64,000 nt of DNA, taken from Epiperipatus broadwayi. Its lineage: Eukaryota; Animalia; Onychophora. Below the pieces are notes generated by a model that did no database searches, was not told the DNA's origin, and saw only the letters and a program-made list of their open reading frames with translations. The stretch is from positions 13,950,001-14,014,000 of the forward strand of contig JAQFVV010000006.1 in NCBI GenBank assembly GCA_028023455.1. Reading direction: 5' to 3'. Each line of letters opens with the position of its first letter. The stretch's first letter is position 1. Below, one piece after another: positions 39,206-50,474 of this stretch. A program made the position numbers and the translations under genes.

Positions 39206-41361
39206 ATTATATTTCTTTTGTAGTCCAAGCTTAATAAATTAAGTCACGTGATGTATTACTTTTTTTTTTCTACTGAGCAAATCTACAAATTAAAACTCAA
39301 TTATCTCATTTAGATGAATTAACAAATTTGGAAATAAAAATAAACTTGAATGAAACAAAAGTTAAATGTAAAAAGTTGCACTGAATAGTTTAATTGCTTT
39401 TTAAATATTCAAAAAAAATTTGTTTATGTGGTGTTCTTAAAAGCATAGAGCTAATATAATCCTTTATTTTACAGATCTATAATTATACAATATTAAACAT
39501 TTACTTTTTTTTTTTTTTGGCATTCTTTCCATTTGTGTTAAAATAATATACTCTTTATTGTACTTTTAAATTAACAGTGCATTTTATTTATTAAAGATAT
39601 AGTAAATACAAATATGAAATGTAATTAAAGGGATTTGAACCCAGAATTTCAAGCTCCCTAGTCATCCATTCTATCCATTATAAATGATACACATGACCAC
39701 ATACATGTATTTCAATATTAAATATGAAATGTGTACAAATGTATAATACAATTAATCAATTTTGATATAGATAGAAAGTACAATAAATATGTACGTTTCC
39801 ATACTTGCAAATATATAACTAACATAATATATTTGTTAATTATATTTCTGAAGACGACTGATAGACGATCGAAACTGTAAAAAGAAACTAACTATAAAAT
39901 TCATCAAAACATCACATGATCACCACTGCAGTAACATCACATGATCGCTATTACGTATGGTGAGTTTGGTACTCGTATTAATAAAATTCATTGTTAATTT
40001 AAAAATGCACAAAGGAGTTTTTTTTTTTTTTTAAACGTAGCTTTTTATGGAATATAAATAAAAAAAAATTAAACTTATAAAATGTGGAATAGGGGAAAGG
40101 GGGGGGTGTTAAAGAATAACTAAAGTTATGAATACTCAGAGTTAGAGGGAGACAAATAAAGAATGTTTACTGAATTTTAAAAAAGGAATTGGCTTTGTTA
40201 TTAAATGAAGAGAATGGGAGATATGCAAAAGGATAAGTCATATATAAAAAGAGATGCGGGGGGAAGGGGAGGGGATGATCTAGAGAGACTTCAGTCTCCT
40301 ACCAGTGTATGCTATCATTAAAAATAAAAAAGAACTATTCGATAACTCATTATTGCTTTTCTCTAATCTTTAGCAACAATTATACAGTTAGTATTTAAAA
40401 TTCATTAGAGTAATTGCTAATCATATTATTAGTTATACATAAATTCTCTATCCAAAAGCAGGTTATGTAACTAAACAACAGGGGTACTATCGCCAAATAA
40501 TACTTAATCACTGTCAGCGATAGTTTGCTGGTACTTATATCCTCCCCACCTTAAATTATTTTAAAACATGTCAAATATAGACATCGTAAAAGTACGAAAC
40601 CTCTCTCATTAAGATACCATTAAACAAGATTTGCTAAAACTGGAACTAAAGCAATATAATCAATTATTACTTTTAAAATTAATAACAGCAGACAACAAAG
40701 AGTGTAAAAAAAAAAAAAATCCAAAAAAATATATAATTGTTAAAAAAAAAGAAAGACAATAATTACATAATTGCAGTTTAACATATTGACTAATTACCAT
40801 AATGAGTTCACATTTTAAACTATTTTCATATCTGTTAAAAACATTATAAATATAATGACTCATGAAAATATTTACAAAAAAACATGACCCGTTAGGCTGC
40901 AAATATTTAAAAAAACAACCCATTATTTCTAATTAGAGTATACAAGTATGTATGGAGGGCTTCGAGCTATTTGCCTAAGACCTGAGTTCGAATCAATGCT
41001 GAATAAACTTGGAATATTTTTTTTCCAACAGTTTTGAGATTTTTTTTTTCAGGTAGCTAGCTCTTAGCCAAGCCAACTAACCATCCATTATTGAGCAGTA
41101 GTCTTAGAAAATAGAACAAGAATGGAAAACTTCAATACTTTACTCTAGAAAAGACTATTTCCTTTAGTAAGAGTTTTTGATGTGTTAAACCTACAATGAG
41201 TAATTTAAAGGCCATTTTACTACTTATCTTTAATCCGTACATACATATATATATATATACATTGTTAAAAGAAGGTTGCCTTGACAACAGTTTGAAATTT
41301 TTCATTATTATTGATAGTGGGATTGTCTAAGTGTTGACTGGTTTTTAATGACACACATGTA

Positions 41362-41580
41362 AACCATTAAACATCGCATGAGCCCTATTTCCTATGCTTA
41401 CACAAGCTATTAAAAAAAAGTCACAAACTTTCCTTACAGTTGTGCCACCTAGTGCAAACACTGTAATCAATTGATGCAAGAAGGTTTGCCACTGGGTGGC
41501 ACTACTATATGGAGAGTTTGTGACTTTTAACAGCTTATGTAAGCATAGGAAATGTTGATCATGTGATATTTAGTGGATTA
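41362..41580. repeat. Family B hairpin repeat
   Basis: Inverted arms CCTATGCTTACACAAGCT...GTCACAAACT / AGTTTGTGAC...AGCTTATGTAAGCATAGG; GATCATGTGAT end. Confidence 0.8.
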
Positions 41581-41824
41581 ACATCATTCCTACTTCATGG
41601 GATGATGGTCATGGCTGTTAAAGAACTGAAAATGCCAAAATGTATAGATACTGAACTGAGTTCAGATTTATAAAACTATACAAGTGAATGAGCTTAGATT
41701 AAAACATCTTGTTTTCATTTTGGACTCATAGGTTTATAATTAATTACAACAGTAAAAACATGACTGCTGGAGAATTGCATTAGATCCTGAATTAGATCCT
41801 AAGATCTAAGTGCAGTGCTCTCAG

Positions 41825-42035
41825 ACCCAAGGTTCCTCACTGATGAAAGCCACAAGCTAGAAACTATTCTGAGGATATTGGATGAATATGCACTAGTAGA
41901 GATTTTATGTACAAACCTTGCAATTGATTGCTAAGACTTGCTCTAGGTGGCACTACTACATGGAGTTTACTACTGTTTTAACAGCTTGTGTACGCATAGA
42001 ATTGGTGATCATGTGATGTTTTAGTGGTTATATAG
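41825..42035 (+). mobile_element. Family B element with HHR (41834-41875)
   Basis: TCCTCA-CTGATGA-A-AGC cacaa GCT-A-GAAA-CTAT-TC/TGAGGA (perfect 6-bp stem I), then family B arm to GGTGATCATGTGATGTTTTAGTGG. Confidence 0.75.
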
Positions 42036-42630
42036 TAACCTGTGTGCTATTACTAATAGTTGAATTTACTTGAAAAGTTTAAATAAAAGTTTAAAGTTTT
42101 CTACGACTTTTAACAATTCTAGATGGTAGAAATCATCCGACACATAATTACAAGCTATTTGGTTATGGGTCCTTGCTTACTACAGATAATTATTAAAGAG
42201 CTGTTCTTGTTTAATGTGCATATATTTGCTTGATATATAGATTATTATAGTAACTAAGTGGTGAAATAAAGGCTAACAGTCATTTTTGACCATTGAACAT
42301 CACTTTAAGTTCTCAATGAGTAAATACCTGATTATTTTTATTACAACCAAAGGGACTGAATAATAGTTGAATGTTTCGTTGTTCTGGAATTCATAAGAAG
42401 TTCAAGCATACACATAACAGACCCAGATTATGCTTGAAGGATTCTTATCACAAGAGCTTTGCCACTCTATCGATGTGTCACACATTCAGTGCACTGAATA
42501 ACTGACAATTTTATTTGTAGGAAAGCACATATTTTCCACTCTTGTTAGGAAATTTCTGGAATTGTACATAAAGTATTCACTTTTTAAGCTTTTATATGGT
42601 TACATTCTTTGCTGATAGTATACCTTAAAA

Positions 42631-43918
42631 CAGCAGTACGCAACCCACGGCTCAAGATTCCTCATGGGGTCGCAGAAAAATTGTTGGGGGTCATGAATAT
42701 TTGAGAAATTCTCAATGTTGGATAATCAATTTTTAATTGAAAAACAAAAACCTAAACATTATTAAAAAAATACATAAAAATTGCTCAACTCATTATTGTC
42801 AGATCAATTTTGGGCTTAAATACTTCCTTCTTTATGTTCCAATCAGCTTTGTATAAACAGTATATCATAACAACATGTCACTTATATTGCTCTTTTTTTT
42901 TTTTTTGTTCACTCTCGAGTTTTGTACTTCATACTAGTATTTTCCTAACATCAATACGTGATATGTGTTATGTTCATGAATGTACACATTTTCTAAAACA
43001 AAGTAACTGAAATACAGGTTTATTATATACCTGTATCAATATATGTAATATATAAGGTATGTGAGCACAGACATTCACACCACCCACCATTCACCACTCT
43101 ATCTCATATCACTGATACACTTGAACATATATATGTCGAAAAGATAAATAATCACCTATAGTCATATTTTATGCTAAACCACTCTGTGGAGTGGATTGAA
43201 GCCTGTCCATTAAAGTATGAAGATTGGCTATCTTAATATATATCTGAGTACTTATTGCATATATGTGTGATGATAATCTGGACCAACTGATGATTGCTGG
43301 TTTAGCATGAAATACGACTATTTGTGATTTTTTTTTTTTGACATATATGTGTTCAAGTGTATCAGTGATATGAGATAGGGTGGAGAGTGGTGTAAAAGTC
43401 TGTGCTCATATACCCTAAAACAGACTAAGAAAGTTCTAATGGCTACAAATTAACTGATTTACTAAGAACTAAGTATTTTTATACGTTTATTATATTTATT
43501 TTTTGGTACAACTTTACAATTAAATATTTTTTAAACCCTGTATCTCATTTTTATGTACATAACAAATTAAAATTTTTAATTGATAAATAAGTAAAAAAAA
43601 AAAAAAACGTTCAGAAAATGATATATATAAATTCGTATGTTGTAATTATAAATTTATTTAACGCACATTGATTACGTAAGCAATATTTGCTAAGGCAATA
43701 AACCTAAAGTAAAGACGGGTTCCCCTATTTTCTTCCAATGCATAAGCTTGTAATTAAGACCTGTAGAGGTCCCTACCTTCGCATTTTCAACCGCACATGA
43801 TTTAGGTTTATTGCCTTCGTATGTTGTAAAATGGCTTATTATTACTATCCTTATATGCTTATAATAGGATTTCAATCTGATTATGGGGGTCGCAAGTGTA
43901 AAATATTGTATATCACTG
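42631..43918. mobile_element. hAT (Charlie-like) non-autonomous element, 1,288 bp, with nested repeats
   Basis: Termini CAGCAGTACGCAACC / ...GGGGTCGCAAG...TATATCACTG; perfect 8-bp TSD CCTTAAAA (42623-42630, 43919-43926). Confidence 0.8.
43030..43418 (+). mobile_element. Family C snap-back copy with degenerate HHR (43283-43322)
   Basis: Inverted arm ~43050-43180 stops inside HHR stem II (TTTTATGCTAAACCA); forward copy has CCAA-CTGATGA-TTGCTGGTTTAGCAT-GAAA. Confidence 0.8.
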
Positions 43919-44354
43919 CCTTAAAACATTATTAAACATTCTACGTCGTTGTTCTCAAAAGATAACCTTGCAAACCAAAACTGACTTACGTCAAGAAATT
44001 ATAAAAAATCACATTATGAGATTTTACTTCATAATGTATATAATTGTAATCTGCATTTATTTGTTTTCATCGTGTCGAAAATCAAATCTAGAATTTAAAT
44101 TGTAGGTTTTCTATGAAGAAAACAATGTATTAGTAATGTTTTAACAACTTTTATAATTACAATAATAACAAAAAAATAAGGCTTTCTAGACTGTTATTAA
44201 CATATAATTCTAAAGAAAAAATCATTTGTAAAAAAAAAAAAAAAAAGAATATAAATTCCACAGTGGATTTTAAATAATTTAAGAAAAAAGTTGAAAATAA
44301 ATATTACAGAGAAGTAAAATTCAAATATATTCTGACCAATTCAAAGGATTCATA

Positions 44355-44598
44355 TGCTACGCCTATAACCTTGAGTTCAAATCTGGCTAAGGGAAGAATG
44401 TTGAAGGCCTTCATGGCAGTGGTTAGTGCATCTACTTCTATGCCTAAAATCTTAGGTTCTAATTCAGACTAGGTGAAGAATTTTTAACGCCTTCATAGCA
44501 CAGCAGTTAGTGCATTCATAAGCCATGCTAACAACTTTGAGTTTGAATCTGGACTAGGGGAAGAATTTTGAAGACCTTTACGGTGCAGTGGCTTAGAG
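44355..44598 (+). repeat. Tandem array of ~3 tRNA-like units (81-85 bp)
   Basis: Repeated CATGGCAGTGGTTAGTGCAT (A-box-like) and GAGTTCAAATC/AGGTTCTAATTC/GAGTTTGAATC (B-box-like) at 44373, 44454, 44539. Confidence 0.6.
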
Positions 44599-44640
44599 CA
44601 GGGATGACAAACTGTGGCTCATGAGCTACATGTGGTTAAT
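44599..44640 (+). mobile_element. Isolated hAT-type terminus
   Basis: CAGGGATGACAAACTGTGGCTCATGAGCTACATGTGG resembles common hAT MITE ends; partner end not found. Confidence 0.4.
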
Positions 44641-46218
44641 CGTCATGAGAAACATAGACACATTTTTCATTTCCTCTTGTAATTTGTAAATAAATATTTT
44701 AATGATTCTAGGGACGGAAAAATGCATTTTACAACATTGTTTCTTGAATTCAGCCTTATTATAGAATAGTAATTATTATATATAATGAATTAGAAATTTG
44801 TGAATAAATCAAACTGTTGAAGTAATTTTTTTTTTTACTTATTTTTAAGAGAATGTTTATCATTAGGTTCTATTATTAAAATAAATGTTAAAATATACCC
44901 ACATCTATTCAGAAAGCCATATTTTTCATGACACTATTTTTCATCTCTTTCCTTATGGCTCTTTTTTTGAGTGGGGGTGGGGGATATAGACAAAACGAAC
45001 TCTGAACTCTGGACTAGTGCATACACTTGCAATGTCTTCAATCTTGAGTTTGAATTTAGGCTAGAGGAACTTTGTAATTTTTCCATTTCACAAATACACT
45101 TTTATGATTTTTTTCTCAGGTGATCAGCCTACTGTCAATCAAGCTAGCTACCCAATAGTGGTCAGAAAATGGATATTCAAGTACTCTTAGCTAGATTCCA
45201 AACTAATCTGGATTAATCAGATGAATTGCAAAACAGAAAAAAATATTGATTGTAGTATGATGTGGACTTTACACCAGTGGAGAGGGAGATGTTCTATTTC
45301 AATGGGCATTGAATCCATGGTTAACTTATCCTTTTTATAAAAAATACGTTGCAGAAATTGAGCTTGGCAAAACTCCAAGATCTTTATCACCAGTGATGAG
45401 GAGAAAAAAATTTTCAGACTCTTTTCGGTTGCTCATTAGCTTAAGAATATGGATCAGAGCTTTTTAGGTGAAATGAGAGATCTGATGTTGAGGTAAAATC
45501 CATAATCCAATACACCATTGCTGAATTTAATAAGTTTAATAGATAGGATGCTTAAGTTAAATTAGTTATATATAGGCAGAGCCTTTTAGAGAAACTGGGA
45601 GGCCCAGGACAACTAATATTTTAGAGGCCCTTCAAAATTTAAAATAAGAATGTGATGAGAGAGAGAAGAAGATAGTTTTTTACTTACAGGGCTGAAAGCA
45701 GGACTCGGGGAACAGTTAATTATTAGTCGCAGAAACGAGCAAGCAGATAAGATCCAGATAGCACTTGGAAAGGGTAGATTCACTCTAGCACTCTTAGTAT
45801 CATAAAATGCTGTTACCACATAACTGACTGAGAGGGGACTGAGGCTTTTAGTTATGCTGGTCGCTGCAGTCACTTTCATCACTTATCTCTAAACTGGATT
45901 AAGTTTTCAATTTGTGGTATGTCTGCCTGGAAAAAATTTTACTGAATATTTTTTGGGGGAATTTAACTGTAAAATTAAGGCCAGTCTAAGAGCTGTGATA
46001 TCGCTTTGAGTTCTCCTATATTTTTGTTTAACATATTGAATTGCCTAATTGAGACCTCTAATATTGTGAGATCTGGGGCATCTGCCTCTCCTCTCCCAGA
46101 TCTACAATTGATTTACCATGAATATATCAAAATATATAAAATGCGCTAACACGCACAAGTACACAAAACTAAAAACAAATAAAGAAAATATATATTATTT
46201 TAATATCTATTCATTAAA

Positions 46219-46540
46219 CGGCTAAGCGCTTTCAAGGTTCAAGCCCTCATAATCATAGCCGTATTACAAAATAATAAATTGACTCGGAGTGATGCAAATT
46301 TATGCAAATGAAATGATTATGCATTCCATTTCTTGGATATTTTGTAGCAAGAGTCTTTTCTATTGATGGCATCGCCATCTCTAGATATAAAGAAAGCTTC
46401 TTTTATCTTTCTTTTTAGATCATGCCGCTGTCTGCATACCACCACTGGATTTCCCGGTTGACCATCGTGCCCAGCTGAAGCACGGTGCTGTGAAAAAACT
46501 GAACTATGAGCGGTGTCCAACAAAGCTTATTATAAGAATA
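46219..46540 (-). mobile_element. Penelope-like element 3' end: GIY-YIG endonuclease C-terminus plus degenerate HHR
   Basis: ORF 46317-46523 HSSVFSQH...GH...RHDLKRKIKEAFFI...INRKD.CY.IS..W; ~55 nt downstream CGGCT-ATGATTA-TGAGG gcttgaa CCTT-GAAA-GCGC-TT/AGCCG. Confidence 0.75.
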
Positions 46541-47262
46541 AGTGTGTTGAGATAGCCTAGTGGAGAGAGAGGCACTAGTCACCATAATATGATGATCTAC
46601 AAAAAATTTTCAGGGCAGGCAATATTATAGACCACTTGAGGTGTCAGCGAGAGTGGTAGGCAGTCTTTGGTATTATTAATTAATTTGTTAGAGTTAGGAG
46701 GTGTGTGAAAACATAACTGGTATTTATTATTAAAAATATTATAAAAACATTTATGCATATTAGGCAAGTAAGGGAGTAGGAGTCTTTGCTTGTCAATGTT
46801 AGGGACTTCATCATTTATTTTAGCAAAAACACTGTTTTATCCTCCTGTCAATTACATTCAGAAAATTTTCATTTAGGGGTGTAACTTTCTCTTGTCAAAA
46901 ATCTGATGATAAAATCTTAAGACAATTGGTTTTATTTTTCTGTATACTGGATATGACGGTAATGAATGGACAATAATCAAGGCACGTGTAAACTGAATTG
47001 GGCATCTGAAGCAGATGAAAAAGTAACAGATTTCTTAAAAAAATATTTTACAGTGAGTATGGTTTTCATGGAAAAGCAGATTTTAATTAAAGAGGAGCAA
47101 TACATGAAGTCATTCAGTATGAAAGTTTAACACAAAAAAAAAATTATAATTTTTATATTACCCATTGTATATGCCCATAAATATTTCATTATAAGCATTG
47201 AAATCGATTGGTCTCGTTGTCAACATAGTATGTATGTAGATACATATTTAAAGCTTTGTCAA

Positions 47263-47372
47263 GCGTTGTTAGCCAAGAGGTCAGCGCAGCTGCCTTGCAA
47301 GCAAGCAGTTGGTTGCAGACAGTTATTGCGGGTTCGCCACCCGGCCGATGCTATGACATATGGAAAAAAAAA
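47263..47372 (+). mobile_element. tRNA-Gly-derived SINE
   Basis: GCGTTGTTAGCCAAGAGGTCAGCGCAGCTGCCTTGCAAGCAAGCAGTTG...GCGGGTTCGCCACCCGGCCGATGCTATGACATATGG(A)n. Confidence 0.85.
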
Positions 47373-48084
47373 AGGAAAAGTAGAAATGAACGCAGACAAA
47401 GCGCACATATATAACTATTTTAAAATAAAGATTAAGTAATATTAATCGATAGTTTGACAATGCTGTAAATTATTTAAAATCAAATATCGAAGATTAATAA
47501 ACTAATGTAATCCTCCAACGTAAATTAGTATTTTCTTTATAAAATAGAATGAATATTAAATACTTCGACGTAAAAATAACGAAAATATAAAAATTCATGA
47601 GATGATTGAATATAAATTTATTAGTAACGAATGTTATAGCTAATTACCACATGTGAAATAGCTAGCATCATGGGACATATGAATAGGTAATGGGATACGT
47701 GAACTGTGAGCTAATAATTCTATTGCTACAATTGGCACAACAAATTTCAAATCTCCTTTCTCCAGCCTCTGTTTATGTGTAAGCCCTTTCGTTTCAGCAG
47801 AAAATTTGTCTGGCAATCCAATATACGCTCTTCGTTTAAATACTCCATATTAGATATCGTTTACAAATGACACAATCATGCGATTTGAATAGTCTCTCAC
47901 TGTTCTTATACCACATACTGTTATAATATATATATATATAAGTTAAGCAAGCAAAAAAAAAATATGATTAAGCAACTATACAGAAAGCAGTATTTGATGG
48001 ATGTAGTATATCATCACGGTTTTATGTTACCAATTATAAGTACACATAACTACTATTTTATTATAACTGAAAGACAGGCTTATT

Positions 48085-48790
48085 GTATACATATATCAAT
48101 ATATGTAATATATAGAGCATATGAGCACAGACTTTCACACAATCCACTACTCTCCACTCTATCTCACAACATTGATACACTTGCACACATATAAGTCGAA
48201 AAGATAAATAATCACCAATATACATATTTCATGCTAAACCAGCAATCATCAGTTGGTCCAGATTATCATCTCTTCACATATATGCAATAAGTGCTCAAAT
48301 ATATATTAAGATAGCCAAACTTCATAGCCTGTATTTCAGTTATTACATAGTATAGATATATGCCCATCCCTTGTATATGTATTTGAAATGCATTATGTCC
48401 TGTACATGAGGGGTCAGATTGACTTTAGGTCAACATGGGTGTGACAAGAATCTCAGTCTCAGGGTGGCCCTTGAGCGTTCCATCATCAGATTTTCAATAG
48501 GATCGATGGTTGAAGAGTTGGAGTGTGGAGTGGATTGAAGCTTGTCCATTAAAGTATGAAGTTTGGCTATCTTAATATATATCTGAGCACCTATTGCATA
48601 TATGTGAAGAGATGATATTCTGGACCAACTGATGATTGTTGATTTAGCATGAAATATGTATATTGGTGATTATTTTTCTTTTTGACATATATGTGTGAAA
48701 GTATATCAGTGTTGTGAGATAGAGTGGAGAGTAGTGGGTTGTGTGAAAGTCTGTGCTCATATACCCTATATATTTTAATACATATACATA
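48085..48790. mobile_element. Family C snap-back element, ~240-bp inverted arms, outward-facing HHRs
   Basis: 48085-48325 inverted against 48550-48790; HHRs at 48215-48256 (-) and 48625-48666 (+), both CCAA-CTGATGA...GAAA-TATGTA-TA/TTGG. Confidence 0.9.
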
Positions 48791-48894
48791 AATTAAGCAG
48801 ATAAGAAATCACAATTGTGGGATGAGGCAGAAATCAGTACTTGATGCCTAATATAAAGAATCATCACAATTTTGTGATATCAATTGGACATAAA

Positions 48895-49046
48895 TAATAT
48901 TCCATGATAATTATAGTGGATTTGAATCCAGACTTTCAAGCTCCTTTTGTCATCCACTCCATCCTACACAACCAGTACACATAACCACATACATGCAAAA
49001 AAGATAAATAATCTTCGCACTGAACCAGCACTCATCAGTTGGTCCA
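48895..49046 (-). mobile_element. Family C fragment: HHR 5' half plus tRNA-like module
   Basis: Reverse complement CCAA-CTGATGA-GTGCTGGTTCAGTGC-GAAG (stem III deleted)...GGATGGAGTGG...GGATTCAAATCC. Confidence 0.7.
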
Positions 49047-49184
49047 AAATTTTAAAATTCCATAATAAATATAAACATTCCATAATAAACATAATTTAAG
49101 CAAGTAAAAAAATATGGTTAAATAATCAAGTAGAAGTCAGTACTTTGTGTATATAATGATCATTGTAGTTTGTGTTAACATCTA

Positions 49185-49362
49185 TTAATATCACATGATC
49201 ACTATCTCATACTAGCACATAATTATTATTAAACAATTCAAAACAAAGCAAAACTCTCCATATAGTAGTGCCATCTTGTGGCATCCATTGATTGCTCTTG
49301 TTAGCACAAGATGGCACTACTATATGGAGAGTTTTGCTTTGTTTTGAATTGTTTAATAACAT
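49185..49362. repeat. Family B hairpin repeat
   Basis: Near-perfect arms TTATTAAACAATTCAAAACAAAGCAAAACTCTCCATATAGTAGTGCCATCTTGTG and its inverse. Confidence 0.85.
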
Positions 49363-49482
49363 CTAATAACCTACTTGAGATACACTACAGTATATTGTTT
49401 CATTTATGATATTAAAGAATTACCAGTGGATAACTATAACACAGACCTATTGAATAAAGATGATGATAAATTAATAATAATA

Positions 49483-49891
49483 GGTACTCACTTATTGGTC
49501 CGGAAATATTTATTTCGAAAAATGATCAACTATCTATAAATTTATTTGGTGGAAATGAAACAAACACGCACTTACAAAATGTTGTTTCTTAACATTAACC
49601 CAAACCATGTTCCATTTCGAATGGCTACTCTATTTAGACAACCCTGAATGAAACACCGCTATTGTTTGTCAGTACTATGGACATAAAGTGTGATATGATG
49701 GCCATAAAATTAGCAGCAAAACCAACATTTTGATAATAACTTTCTTCTCGTCAGAATATTATATAATATTCACTTACAAAATTAATTCATTTCCATTTTA
49801 GAAGATTGTAAATATATTTAATTCGGTCTTTATATATCACATTTGTTTATGATGATGACTTTTATCACTGCAGGACTAATACATAAGTACC
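49483..49891 (-). mobile_element. Short Merlin-like derivative (409 bp)
   Basis: Imperfect TIRs GGTACT(C/T)A..TATT.GTCC; minus frame GHHITLYVHSTDKQ*RCFIQGCLNRVAIRNGTWF matches the 1186-1512 remnant; no TSD visible. Confidence 0.7.
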
Positions 49892-50474
49892 AGAAAAAAT
49901 ATTAATATTAGTTATATCACACACATTTTAATGAACTGTTTACTTTCAAATGCCTTTATTTGTGCCTCAAGACAATTCAAGAGGCATAAGTTTGGATATT
50001 ACAATGCAATCAACAAGAATTGTTACAAACAAATTTAGGGAGTGTCAGTGCATGTCAAGTGCATCCGCACCCATACAATTGATTCTGTGCATATGATTTT
50101 TAAACATTCAAGTATAAACGTATGGATAGGTGAGCAGGGTTTTTATGGTTCCAGATGTGCAGTGACACAAAATTCACCTGCACTTCCAGACTCAAACACA
50201 TAAACCCAACTTCTTATGCTTAGATTATTGTTCACAAAATTGTCCAATTATACATTTCCATTTCTCCATTAGTTATTTAAAAATTTTGTTATATCAACTG
50301 CAATGTTAAACTTTCAGAACACTTCTATTTGTGCCTCATGACTATTTGGGAGGCATAAGCTTGAAAGAAACAAGGCAACCACTTCAGTTGCAGTGGGAAT
50401 ATTGTCCTTGGATTGTCCAATTGTACAAGTCTATTTCACCATTTAAGCATTCCCAGTTCTGTTATAAATGTCTT

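Noticed and set aside
45576-46110. Minus-strand exon-like segment (DESDCSD, GTAAGT donor) and Tip100-like ends
   Set aside because: A stop follows four codons after the motif; the termini are too decayed and have no TSD.
6142-49362. Family B as a piggyBac-like MITE (some ends resemble TTAA-CC...GG-TTAA)
   Set aside because: Arm lengths and end points differ between copies, TTAA is not consistently present on both sides, and several copies start at an HHR. Not fully excluded.
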